From Octopus sinensis (taxonomy: Eukaryota), in NCBI RefSeq assembly GCF_006345805.1, contig NC_043016.1:6758001-6822000 (forward strand): a stretch of DNA of 64,000 nt, written 5' to 3'. Positions 13,593 through 26,124 of the stretch are shown here, one piece after another. The notes beneath the pieces are model-generated. The model saw only the letters and a list, made by a program, of their open reading frames with translations. It was not told where the DNA came from and did no database searches. Numbering within the stretch: position 1 is the stretch's first letter; each line of letters begins with the position of its first letter. The position numbers were made by a program, and so were the translations under genes.

Positions 13593-13731
13593 AAAAATAA
13601 ATATAAGAGAGTGGTCACTATGTGGCTCACTCTAGCACTAGTAAATCCAAAAGGTTTCAACCACTGAAACCTTTTGGATTTACTAGTGCTAGAGTGAGCC
13701 ACATAGTGACCACTCTCTTATATTTATTTTT
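13593..13731. repeat. Perfect fold-back palindrome, 67-bp arms, 5-nt loop
   Basis: 13593-13659 is the exact reverse complement of 13665-13731. Confidence 0.95.
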
Positions 13732-14202
13732 GTATGAAATATTATAATATGTTATAAAATATTATAATAATCCAGGTTTCTCGGGGCACTGGGCCACTTG
13801 GTGTTGAATAGGTATACTATTAAATTAGTATCTAATTCTCTCACCCTTATTAATTAATTAGTATTTGTGTATATATTTGTGTCTCATCTATATATGCCTA
13901 TATATGTATATAACTATGTACATGTACTTGTATATTTTAGTGTATTTTAGTGTAGATGGGCTACTATGTGTATATACTGCGGAAAAAATATTTATGTAAT
14001 ACAGCGTAAACATTTTAAATTTTAATGTATTAATTGATTCATATTTGGTATATAATTATTTACCATATGTATTTAGAATCTGTCCTTCGATTTAAAGTTT
14101 TCTTCGATTTTACAATAAGAGGAATTTATACTGAATTTAATTTTTCATTGCATGCTTAAGACCGTTAGTTAAAAGGACCAATGAAACAACACCATTTTCA
14201 AA

Positions 14203-14390
14203 AGTGTATCATTTAAACTATTTTATGTTTGATTATATCATCATTTCTGTTCCATTCTAACAAAACTGTCCGATGAAAGGAAACGGGAAACTCTGAGAAA
14301 CATCTTTTATTATATTTCTGCTGCTTTTAATAAAGCATATTACTCTATCTCTGGTATTTGAGTACTCTTTTTTCCACATTTATGTGCTTA
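14203..14390 (+). repeat. Repeat H4 copy 2
   Basis: Direct repeat of 12232-12430. Confidence 0.7.
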
Positions 14391-14496
14391 CTTCGGTATA
14401 TACATATACAAACATACATTTATATCTATATCTATCTGTATATATATACAAATTTTTTTTTTTTACTTGTTTCAGTCATTTGACTGAATTTATCCA

Positions 14497-15290
14497 GCAA
14501 GTTCAACAGAAAGTCCATGAGGTCAATTGCAAAAGATCTCCATGTGTCAGAAGGAACAGTCAGAACTGTTGTCCATGATGACATCAGATATAAGTCTTAT
14601 ATGTTGACGAAAGGTGAATGTGTTAGAAAAGGCAAAAGAAAATCACTACATCGGATCTAAAAGGTTCCTAAACAAACTGAAAAATCCAGCAGAAGAAGAT
14701 TTGATTTGGTTTTTCTCGAACGAGGTAAAAACTTCGACCAAGATCAAAAAGTTAACAGAAAGCATGACAGACAACAATAAAAATATTTTCTACTATAGGC
14801 ACAAGGTCTGAAATTTTCGGGGAGGGGACTAGTCGATTACATCGACCCCAGTATTTCACTGGTACTTAATTTATCGATTCCGAAAGGATGAAAGGCAAAG
14901 TCAACCTCTGCAGGATTTGAACCCAGAGGTTATGTGCAGGCCCTTCCGAAGTTCCAAATGTTATGCATACAAAATTTCCTGCAACTGTCATGGTTTTAGG
15001 GGTTGTCAGCAATGAAGGACATGTATTGCCTCCTTACTTCTTTCCACAAAGCCTTAGAGTTAACTCTGCCACCTACATTGAGGTCATGGAAATAATTCTT
15101 GAGCCTTGGATAGGCAGTGTATGCAATGGAAGGCCATAGGTGCTTTAGTAAGATCTGCACTATCACACATGGCTCTAGTAACACAGGAATGGATGACTGA
15201 AAGTTTTCATGATCACATAATCTCTAAGATTTGGCTTCCTAATTCTCCAAATTTCATTCCATTGGACTTTTACATGTGGAGCGTTGTTGA

Positions 15291-15340
<50 letters not shown>

Positions 15341-15510
15341 GGGGAGAGAGGTCAATGAACTCGCCCATAACACCAAAGATTCTTTGAAAGCTGGCATAGT
15401 CAGAGTAATATCCAAAATGAACCAAGACCACTTGATTCAAGCATGTAGATGATTAAGATTTCATATAGAAGCATTTATTGAAGCTGAAGGTGGCTTTATT
15501 GCATAGAAAA
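14497..15510 (+). pseudogene. Tc1/mariner-superfamily (maT-like) transposase remnant, interrupted by a SINE and (GA)n
   Basis: KSMRSIAKDLHVSEGTVRTVVHDDIRYKSY; WFFSNE..FDQDQKVNR; VMVLGVVSNEG; WLPNSPNFIPLDFYMWSVVE; IEAEGGFI. Confidence 0.85.
14787..14928 (-). mobile_element. SINE family S1, 5'-truncated
   Basis: Nearly identical to part of 25888-26107. Confidence 0.85.
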
Positions 15511-15802
15511 GAACGTTTATTCTCATCTTCATAGCATGTTTTGATGAATAAAGTTATTATCTGTTATTATATATATGTTGTTTTTTTATAAACACAAATC
15601 TGTTCTCAAATATCTTATATATCCATATATGTTGTTATATTTCGGGAAGGTGATATCTTTTGCCAAAAAAATACGCGTACTGTATATTCGTTCTACATTT
15701 CAGATTTATTATTATTTTTGTTTTATGTTCTTTGTTTGGAAATCTTTTGTCACACATACTGTATGTAACCTGTTCAGCGACTTACCGTCCCACGCGTGTA
15801 TG

Positions 15803-15840
<38 letters not shown>

Positions 15841-16224
15841 ATTTCACATTTCTGTTGATTTGGCTTGGGTATAAACCAATAACCACCGATAAACAACTAT
15901 TGTTTGAATATGTCTTCTTATGTTCGCCATAAATGTTTACTTTTTCTTTTATTTCAGCGTCACGGAAATATCTGTTTGACAACTATTTTTGCTATTCTGC
16001 GCACTGATCGTTAACCTTAGTTCATTAGGCTTACATATTTTAGAGGTTTTACCTAGAACATTCCACCAGCTGTTTTACATATCAAAGGTCAGTATACTGT
16101 CGCTATTTCTTCGATTTCTGATATTTCGATCTTCTACTCTATCTTCTTTATGAATTTCTTTGATATGATTTGGTTACTATATGATGCTTCAGAGATATTT
16201 AGTATTATGATCGCGTGGTCAGAC

Positions 16225-16440
16225 GGTTGCTTATGATGTGGTTAAGGCGTTGCACTCACGATTGCGACGTCGTAGTTTCGATTCCCAAGCCCGGCGTTTT
16301 GCTGTGTTCTTGAGCAAAGCAATTCATTTCATGTTGCTCTGTAGTCAGTTCGTCATTTGACATTTGGCCGTCGATTTGATGTCGAATTGCTGGAGAGAGT
16401 GAGGTTATGGGAACACAAACATTTGATTACTGTAAAAACA
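16225..16440 (+). mobile_element. Degenerate tRNA/CORE-type SINE (S3-like)
   Basis: GTGGTTAAGGCGTTGCACTC..GTTTCGATTCCC, TGTTCTTGAGCAAAGCA. Confidence 0.6.
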
Positions 16441-16489
16441 CATCAGCTGAGTGGGTTGTTCAGCAAGACATTGCAAACGGAAAAGTCTA

Positions 16490-16905
16490 TGATATAAAAA
16501 AGTATGTACCGCCATAGAGGACAACTGTCCTGCTGATGTGAATATCTGCTTGAAAATCAAAGAGGAAGAAGATACCTATGGGCAACTACTTCAAAACCTC
16601 CAGTTGCCAAATCCAGATTACAAATTTGCATTCATACTAATAATAATTGGAGCAGTTGGTTTGTAAGCAGAAGCCTAACTGTCACTCTGCATGAACTTGG
16701 ATTTTGAGAAGAAGAAATCAATCAACGGATTGGCACATTACAAACACAATCTGTAAGCGGAACAGTAGGATTATGCAAGACTTTTCTCAGGTTTAAAGTG
16801 TGACATTGTTTGCATAATCTACATTCCAAAGATGGAGCTTTGTATGTAGGTAGAAATCAGCTCCCGCAGAGAAATATTTTATATGATCAAATACAGATGA
16901 GAGAT
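16490..16905 (+). mobile_element. 3' end of a second type of RLE-class LINE
   Basis: CPADVNICLKIKEEEDTYGQLLQNLQL..YKFAFILIIIGAVG..LQTQSVSGTVGLCKTFLRFKV* (stop at 16803); UTR runs into (TACA)n. Confidence 0.7.
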
Positions 16906-17786
16906 ATGCACGTACATGCATACATACATACATACATACATACATACATACATACATACATACATACATACATACATACATACACACATACATACATACA
17001 TACATACACACATACATACATACATACATACATACATACATACATACATACATAATACATACATACATACATAATACACACATACATACATACATACATA
17101 CATACATACATACAAACATACATACATACATACATACATAATACATACATACATACATACATACATACATACATACATGCATGCATGCATGCATACATAC
17201 ATACATATATACATAAATACATAAATACATACATACATACATACATACATACATACATACATACATACATACATACACACATACATGCATACATACATAC
17301 ATACATATATACATACATACATACATACATACATACATACATACATACATACATACATACATACATACATACATGCATGCATGCATACATACATACATAT
17401 ATACATACATACATAAATACATACATACATGCATACATACATACATACATACATACATACATACATACATACACACATACATACATACATACATATATAC
17501 ATACATACATACATACATACATACATACATACATACATGCATGCATGCATACATACATACATATATACATACATACATAAATACATACATACATACATAT
17601 ATATATACATACATACATACATACATACACATACATACATACATACATACATACATACATACATACATACATACATACAGACATACATACATACATACAT
17701 ACACACACATACATACATATGCACACACACACATACACACACACGCATGCACACACACACACACACACACATACACACACACACTT
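16906..17786. repeat. About 880-bp (TACA)n array ending in (CA)n
   Basis: Direct reading. Confidence 0.97.
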
Positions 17787-17789
17787 AGA

Positions 17790-18900
17790 AAAGGAAACTA
17801 CCGGGTTGGCTTTCATAAACATTATGTTCAAACTCTACATAAGCCTGACACTGTTTCAACCAATTCCTCTAGGATCGTTGTGAATGCAGCAACATAAGGA
17901 TTAATGAGCAGAAATGGAGAAAGAAGGGAGTATGAGGATGTGCCGAAAGCTTTTGATAAACAAAGCTGTACTATGTTCAAAGCGAGAAAACACCACCGAA
18001 ACCTTATGGCAGTATGGCTAAAGTTGCTGCCATTGTGAGGCAACAATCCTTACACAAATGGATATATCCCAGGATCAGCAACTAATGTAACTCATTTATA
18101 GATGACCTGAAGATTTATTTCAAAAATGATAACAAGGCAAAGAACAGCTGAAGTTAATCGCAACGTTTTCACCTGAAATCTTACTTTGATTGCTGAACGT
18201 GGAAAATCAGTATACCAAACCCCAAATCTGTGCATCAACGGTCTCACTATCTCTCCTGTTACACACACAGAATGCTACAAATAGCTAGGCATTGATGAAA
18301 ACTTATGCAACGTGCTGTGAATAAAGAGAGTGAAACTGGAGAATATTAACCAGACTGAGGTAAACATGGTGGTCCGAGATCTCTTACAACGAGGATGTTC
18401 CACAATTCATTTACAGTGCCAGTGCTGATGTCAGCATTTCTGTTTTAAGGTCCATAGATATTAAAACTTGAAAAGGGCTTGGAAACAATTGGAAACTTCT
18501 GCAGGAACAGTGGTTTACACCAGAAGAGGAGGAGGCTGGAGATCTGTGCAGACAGCTTTCGAATGTTGTATAGTCTCTCTAAACAAATCAGGAGCGAAAG
18601 GAACAACACCCTATGTGTAACCAGTGAGCTCCACAAGGAGCGCCATCTTCTTGACGCCCTCCCACACAACTCTTAAACCATTGGATTAACATACTTTAAA
18701 GAAGTTCTAGATGCGAAAGCTCAAGGAAAAAAATTATGCATGAGTATACTTGTCGAAGGCTTCAAGAAGACAGTAGTATCGACATTAAGTGCAGTCTCTC
18801 TTGGACTCGTGACCGCTACATCACATTCGTTAGGTTATTGCTTTTGCAATCCAAGAACAAGAGATTGTTACGAAATCTATATTAACAAACACTAAATTCT
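17790..18900 (+). mobile_element. Heavily degraded RLE-class LINE RT region
   Basis: GCAESF-LINKAV, RKHHRNLMAVWL, IDDLKIYF, HNSFTVPVL, AIQEQEIVTK fragments. Confidence 0.65.
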
Positions 18901-20134
18901 GTCTGTCCGTCTGGGACCCCTGTACCTCAGTCTACATTTACTCTACATATTGTAACTTTTTGGAATCAGGATGACCCCGGGATTGGAAATAGGCCCTTCA
19001 TTTAGTTCTCGAACATCCAGCATTGGGGTATGATTTAAGAACATTTAGGCTGCTATTACTAGTACGTAAAGCTTGGCTGATTCACACCATCTTGGTTGGC
19101 GTTTGTCAGATGACGTCAGAGATCAAGGGGGAGATAAATGATATTCGTTTGGTTAATTTTACGTCCAAATAAGAACTTTGGGATAAATTGGCCAACAGCT
19201 AAAATTCAAATTGGGACTTCAAAAATAAAATGATTGCATTACAGAATTAATCCTTATCCATCGTTAACCTCTGATCAACCACCACCGGGGCATATAATCA
19301 TTATAAATGTATTATAGTCATGCTACTTAGCTCAGCTTAGTTTTGGGCTGCAGGCCCAATTAGCCCTCCGCAGGAGCTATCTCAGAAGTTTATGTCATTT
19401 CTGTGAAAAACATCACACATGTGATTAACAGGTGCCCCAAAATATAATCAGGCTATTGCCTCCATATGCGACACAGCACTGTCGTTAATGTTTTGACCAT
19501 GGTATCATGCCTCTTAGCGAGATGAAATTTTCGGAGTGCTACCAACTGTATGGGTCACGTTCTTGGAGTTGGTTCCACCGAATCTAGGTTGTTGCATTCA
19601 GGTTTTACCTGCTTCTTTATCCCTTTTGTGAATTAAGGGATTTCGCTGTTCACTCTTCATGAAATTCAAAGCCGTGCCTTTCAAAATGAAAGCTTATATA
19701 CCGGTTATTAGTCCAGGATAGTCTAAACTGATCATCTACGTCACTAAAACTCTGATGCTTTTTAGCAAAGCAGCACCGCATTTGCTTTTGTTAATCAGCA
19801 GAAAACCTTTCATATAATAATGTTTTGAGTATCAACATTTCGTTATCAATCAAGGAATGCTTTCTATCATGTGTGCATCACGTCGAACGGCGAAGTGCAT
19901 TGTGGCACTTCGTCTGATGTTTTGTAGATGATGGCGAAGAAGCACTATGCGATATTCAAAAGCTGTCTGAATTGATGATAAACGCCTGCTAATATATTTT
20001 CGTTTGAAGTAGGGGCAGCTATATCACTGTTCAATATCACTGGTCGTTTGGAAATTCCTAGTGTTTGTTTATTGCTTCTGTTTTTAACACTAATATCCTG
20101 GGTCTCTTCCAGCTTGTAACCGAGTAAATCAAAC

Positions 20135-20179
20135 GTGTGTGCGTGCCTGCGTGTGCGTGTGTGTGTGTTTGTGTGTGTG

Positions 20180-20228
<49 letters not shown>

Positions 20229-20252
20229 TGTGTGTGTGTGTGCGTGCGTGCG
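20135..20252. repeat. (GT)n array
   Basis: Direct reading. Confidence 0.95.
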
Positions 20253-20527
20253 ATATATGATATGCAATTTATACCTTTTTTCTCCCTACGCACGTTTCGC
20301 AATGAGTGTTAATAGTGCATGTAGACGCAGATTTCACAGAGGATCTTTAGGAAAACATTACATTATAATAACTCATAACAAATACTTATCGTGGAATGGA
20401 GTGCAAGAGTAATTGCATATTGAGATAAAAGAGAAAGTAAGAAAATGAGAAAAATAGGGTCGTGAGAAAAAGAGAGAAAGAAGAAAAGGAATAAAAGAAT
20501 TAAAGAAGGAAAAAAGGTAATATTTCT

Positions 20528-21375
20528 ATGGATCCTCTTATTCGGAAAATGTCACCGATTTACTGAGTCCATTACGACTCAGCGAGCTACAAAAATATTT
20601 TTTTAGAAATGGCTGGAGGTCTGTTTAGAGATGACTCCCTGCCAACAATACAGAACTTCTCAGCTGAAATTCAGAAATTATATAATGATCTTAAAAACTT
20701 TAACCTATCAACTGGATTACAAACGATATAAAGAGGAGGAATTTCTAGCTGCCACACTCGGCCTACATCCTAGCCTTTACTGCTCATTTCATAAGCCAAA
20801 TAGGAATCTAAATTACATATATAAAAACTTTCTAACCACCCAAATTCAGCTAAGACCAGTCAAAAATATATCAGTTACAGTGCTCAATTTATCAGCAAAT
20901 AAGGACAACATGAAGATATGTTACTAAGACGATGCTCCTCTAACTAGAGCAAATACATTGATAACTAAATTTAAAACCGTAATCAATAAGAATATAGATT
21001 ATCTGAATTACAAAATTACTGAGATACCTAGATGCCTATTAAAAAATATCTTATAAAAGAAACAAAGAATGTATATAAAGGTGAATACTCCAAAACGAAA
21101 TTTAGTGTAAAATTTAGAACTAACATAGAGAGTAACCTAAATTCCAGTGAAAGAAAAGCCAACACTACCAAAATCATACCCACCTGTACTAGAAACGAAA
21201 TATACAACATTGTAAATTATAAAGAATGTATTAGTATAAAACCTACTGTAATCAATAATAAGCGCAGGTGTGGTTGTGTGATAAGAAGTACTCGCAAATG
21301 CATATAAAAATATAGAATGTTATTGTAGAGTTAGAGCTATCCTAAAGAGCAAACTAAATGCGAAAATCGGGTTTC
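20528..21375 (+). mobile_element. Degraded Penelope-like element (RT C-half, GIY-YIG remnant, degenerate hammerhead)
   Basis: MGSSYSENV.DL, GLFRDD, EFLAATL, FHKPNRNLNYI, NHP; CTAAAGA-GCA..TGC-GAAAA at 21342-21366. Confidence 0.65.
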
Positions 21376-21960
21376 ATCAGGTTTTAGCTGACTGGTCGAA
21401 GAATTGGCTTTCTTCTTGCTGCTCTGTCATTGTAACCAAGTTTGTGGAGATACCTGAAAGCTGTTCTGGGACTGATATTAACCTGTTAGAGGCCTTGCAA
21501 CGTGGATTATTCGCCACACTTCTCTTGGTAAAAAGAGGGTCCTGTTTGATCTGGGCGAGGTGATCTGAACTCCTTCCCTTCTCTCGTGAATAGCCCAATC
21601 ACTCTATTAACTGTAGAAAGCGGGATCCCCAGGTTTTCTGCGATTTTATGATATGTCCACCTTCAGAATACCCCACAATACGACCTCTTTAAAATTCAGA
21701 CAGTTTCAATGCTTCTTTTGTACATGGCACGATTAGACATTCACATATAGAACCTGAAACATAAAATTGTTATTAAATAGAAAATATAAAACAATAAAAG
21801 TTGGAGTAAACATAAAACGATGTTTTATGGGGTGTCTATTTCCTTCTGTCATGCCTCTGTGTGTGCATGTGTATTTATACATATCCTATATCATATTTCG
21901 CAATAAATCGATGTAGGTTGACAGTTACAGGTTCACTGCGCAACTGGTTTTTAGATTTTT
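21376..21960 (-). pseudogene. Tc1-like transposase 5' fragment (HTH region)
   Basis: [35 protein letters not shown]; RYLHKLGYNDRAARRKPILRP; upstream boundary uncertain. Confidence 0.75.
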
Positions 21961-22014
21961 TAACCCTTGCATATATCAATTAAGACTGCACACCTGTAAT
22001 CGTTCATATCTATT

Positions 22015-22061
<47 letters not shown>

Positions 22062-22111
22062 GAGCAACTAGGCAGAGACATGCATACAAAACATATAAGT
22101 AATACATATAA

Positions 22112-25100
22112 TTGATTGATTGATTGAGACCACCTTCGGCATGAATGACCATGGGATTGCACCTAGAAAGTTACCCTCTCAGGCACAAATCCGGGCAAGG
22201 TTGTTTATGGAAGACCAGCAGTCGCCCATGCATACCGGCCTCCCCGCTTCACGCCACCAGTGTTATCCAAGGGTAAGGCAAAGGGGCCGATACAGCATGA
22301 ATGACCGTGGGATTGCACCTAGAAAGTTACCCTCCCAGGCACAAATCCGGGCAAGATTGTTTATGGAAGACCAGCAGTCGCCCATGCATACCGGCCTCTC
22401 CGCTTCACGCCACCAGTGTTATCCAAGGGAAAGGCAAATGCCTATACAGCATGAATGACCGTGGGATTGCACCTAGAAAGTTACCCTCTCAGGCACAAAT
22501 CCGGGCAAGGTTGTTTATGTAAGACCAGCAGTCGCCCATGCATACCGGCCTCCCCTCTCCACACCACCAGTGTTATTCAAAGGAAAGGCAAAGGAGCCGA
22601 TACAGCATGAATGACCGTGGGATTGCACCTGGAAAGTTACCCTCCCAGGCACAATCCAGGCAAGGTTGTTTATGGAAGACCAGCAGTCGCCCATGCATAC
22701 CGGCCTCCCCGCTTCACGCCACCAGTGTTATCCAAGGGAAAGGCAAAGGGGCCGATACAGCATAAATGACCGAGGGATTGCACCTAGAAAGTTACCCTCC
22801 CAGGAACAAATCCGGGCAAGATTGTTTATGGAAGACCAGCAGTCACCCATGCATACCGGCCTCCCCGCTTCACGCCACCAGTGTTATCCAAGGGTAAGGC
22901 AAAGGGGCCGATACAGCATGAATGACCGTGGGATTGCACCTAGAAAGTTACCCTCCCAGGCACAAATCCGGGCAAGATTGTTTATGGAAGACCAGCAGTC
23001 GCCCATGCATACCGGCCTCTCCGCTTCACGCCACCAGTGTTATCCAAGGGAAAGGCAAATGCCTATACAGCATGAATGACCGTGGGATTGCACCTAGAAA
23101 GTTACCCTCCCAGGCACAAATCCGGGCAAGGTTGTTTATGGAAGACCAGCAGTCGCCCATGCATACCGGCCTCCCCGCTTCACGCCACCAGTGTTATCCA
23201 AGGGTAAGGCAAAGGGGCCGATACAGCATGAATGACCGTGGGATTGCACCTAGAAAGTTACCCTCCCAGGCACAAATCCGGGCAAGGTTGTTTATGGAAG
23301 ACCAGCAGTCGCCCATGCATACCGGCCTCTCCGCTTCACGCCACCAGTGATATCCAAGGGAAAGGCAAAGGGGCCGATACAGCATGAATGACCATGGGAT
23401 TGCACCTAGAAAGTTACCCTCCCAGGCACAAATCCGGGCAAGATTGTTTATGGAAGACCAGCAGTCGCCCATGCATACCGGCCTCTCCGCTTCACGCCAC
23501 CAGTGTTATCCAAGGGAAAGGCAAATGCCTATACAGCATGAATGACCGTGGGATTGCACCTAGAAAGTTACCCTCTCAGGCACAAATCCGGGCAAGATTG
23601 TTTATGGAAGACCAGCAGTCGCCCATGCATACCGGCCTCTCCGCTTCACGCCACCAGTGTTATCCAAGGGTAAGGCAAAGGGGCCTATACAGCATGAATG
23701 ACCGTGGGATTGCACCTAGAAAGTTACCCTCTCAGGCACAAATCCGGGCAAGATTGTTTATGGAAGACCAGCAGTCGCCCATGCATACCGGCCTCTCCGC
23801 TTCACGCCACCAGTGTTATCCAAGGGTAAGGCAAAGGGGCCGATACAGCATGAATGACCGTGGGATTGCACCTAGAAAGTTACCCTCCCAGGCACAAATC
23901 CGGACAAGGTTGTTTATGGAAGACCAGCAGTCACCCATGCATACCGGCCTCCCCGCTTCACGCCACCAGTGTTATCCAAGGGTAAGGCAAAGGGGCCGAT
24001 ACAGCATGAATGACCATGGGATTGCACCTAGAAAGTTACCCTCCCAGGCACAAATCCGGACAAGGTTGTTTATGGAAGACCAGCAGCCACCCATGCATAC
24101 CGGCCTCCCCGCTTCACGCCACCAGTGTTATCCAAGGGTAAGGCAAAGGGGCCGATACAGCATGAATGACCGTGGGATTGCACCTAGAAAGTTACCCTCC
24201 CAGGCACAAATCCGGACAAGGTTGTTTATGGAAGACCAGCAGTCACCCATGCATACCGGTCTCCCCCCTTCACGCCACCAGTGTTATCCAAGGGAAAGGC
24301 AAAGGGGCCGATACAGCATAAATGACCATGGGATTGCACCTAGAAAGTTACCTTCTCAGGCACAAATTCGGGCAAGGTTGTTTATGGAAGACCAGCAGTC
24401 GCCCATGCATACCGGCCTCTCCGCTTCACGCCACCAGTGTTATCCAAGGGAAAGGCAAATGCCTATACAGCATGAATGACCGTGGGATTGCACCTAGAAA
24501 GTTACCCTCTCTTTGGCACAAATCCGGGCAAGATTGTTTATGGAAGACCAGCAGTCGCCCATGCATACCGGCCTCTCCGCTTCACGCCACCAGTGTTATC
24601 CATAGGAAAGGCAAAGGGGCCGATACAGCATGAATGACCGTGGGATTGCACCTAGAAAGTTACCCTCCCAGACACAAATCCGGGCAAGGTTGGTTATGGA
24701 GGACCAGCAGTCGCTTATGCATACCGGCCTCCCCGCTTCACGCCACCGGTGTTATTCAAAGGAAAGGCAAAGGGGCCGATACAGCATGAATGACCATGGG
24801 ATTGCACCTAGAAAGTAATCCTCTCAGGCAGAAGCCTGACCAAGGTTGTTTATGGAAGACCAGCAGTCGTCCATGCATACCGGCCTCTCCTCTCCGCACC
24901 ACCAGTGTTATTCAAAGGAAAGGCAAAGGGGCCGATACAGCATGAATGACCGTGGGATTGCACCTAGAAAGTTACCCTCCCAGGCACAAATCCGGGCAAG
25001 GTTGTTTATGGAAGACCAGCAGTCGCCCCTGCATACCGGCCTCCCCGCTTCGCGCCACCAGTGTTATCCAAGGGAAAGGCAAAGGGGCCGATACAGCATG

Positions 25101-25363
25101 AATGACCGTGGGATTGCACCTAGAAAGTTACCCTCCCAGGCACAAATCCGGGCAAGGTTGTTTATGGAAGACCAGCAGTCGTCCATGCATTCCGCCCTCC
25201 CCTCTCCACACCACCAGTGTTATTCAAAGGAAAGGCAAAGGGGCCGATACAGCTTGGCACCTGTGACGTCGAAACTCACTTCTACAGCCGAGTGAACTGG
25301 AGCAACGTGAAATAAAATGTCTTGCCTCAAAAATACAACACACAACCCGGTCCGGGATTCGAG
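22112..25363 (-). mobile_element. SINE family S3 whose body is amplified into a tandem array
   Basis: B-box and CORE-like head remnant at 25280-25363 (minus); 3' end at 22126 with (AATC)n tail. Confidence 0.75.
22140..25252. repeat. Tandem array of 20 monomers, 154-158 bp (modal 156 bp)
   Basis: Counted ATG/ATA starts at 22141, 22297, 22451, 22607, 22762, 22918, 23072, 23228, 23384, 23538, 23694, 23850, 24006, 24162, 24318, 24472, 24630, 24786, 24942, 25098. Confidence 0.97.
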
Positions 25364-25664
25364 TGGAAATAGTCGTTATTTATTTCTAAAGTAACACCTA
25401 AAAAGTCAGCTGTTTTAAGATTATGTGACGCTTAGAACTATATTCTTAAATAAGTTTCTAATTATTTTTCTAAATCTTTCAAAATCACCACTGGTACACA
25501 TTCATGGATGAAAACGGAAGTGCCGTGTTTATAAAAACTGTCCAAATTTTGGGGGAAATTATCGTGTTCGTAGGTAGGCAATGTTAAATGTATATCCCTA
25601 CGAGGCCTTTAACCTGGACAGAGTTGCAAGACCCGATAGGTATGTGGGAGTTATTTAGAGTGTC

Positions 25665-25830
25665 CTAGAGGGGACTAGTCGATAACATGATTCCTAGTGC
25701 TCAACTAGTACTTATTTTACTAACCCTGAAAGAAGGAAAGGCGAAGTCGACCTCAAGAGTATTTTAATTCACAATTCGGAAGAAATGCCATGAAGCATTT
25801 AATCTAAGAAGCCAACGTTTTTGCCAGAGG
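25665..25830 (-). mobile_element. Degenerate SINE S1
   Basis: GAAAGAAGGAAAGGCGAAGTCGACCTC central domain. Confidence 0.65.
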
Positions 25831-25887
25831 CAGAAATTGATAATGGTAATAGTAATAATAAGATTAATAATAATCATACAAAAATAA

Positions 25888-26107
25888 AAAATCCTTTCTA
25901 CTATTGGCACAAGGTCTGAAATTTTCGGGGAGGGGCCTAGTCGATTAGATTGACCCTAGTATTTCACTGGTACTTAATTCATCGGCTCTGAAAGGATGAA
26001 AGGCAAAGTCAACCTCTGCAGGATTTGAACCCAGAGCATAGCGACAGGTAAAATACCTCTAAACATTTGGTTCATTATACTAACGATTCTGCCAGCTTGT
26101 TGCCTTA
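25888..26107 (-). mobile_element. SINE S1, near full length
   Basis: Head remnant AACGATTCTGCCAGC, GATTTGAACCC B box, central domain. Confidence 0.85.
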
Positions 26108-26124
26108 ATAATAATTATAATAAT

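Noticed and set aside
22140-25252. Satellite as CRISPR array or as a retrozyme with hammerhead, twister or HDV ribozyme
   Set aside because: No unique spacers; ATGAATGA..GAAA lacks C3 and proper stems; TAACACTG twister-like and CC-GG-GCAA HDV-like words could not be completed into the required pseudoknots by eye.
22120-25295. Repeating 52-aa peptide ORFs (up to 363 aa) in the satellite
   Set aside because: 156 bp is divisible by 3 and one frame happens to be open; 154/155/158-bp monomers shift the frame freely and stops occur, so there is no sign of coding constraint.
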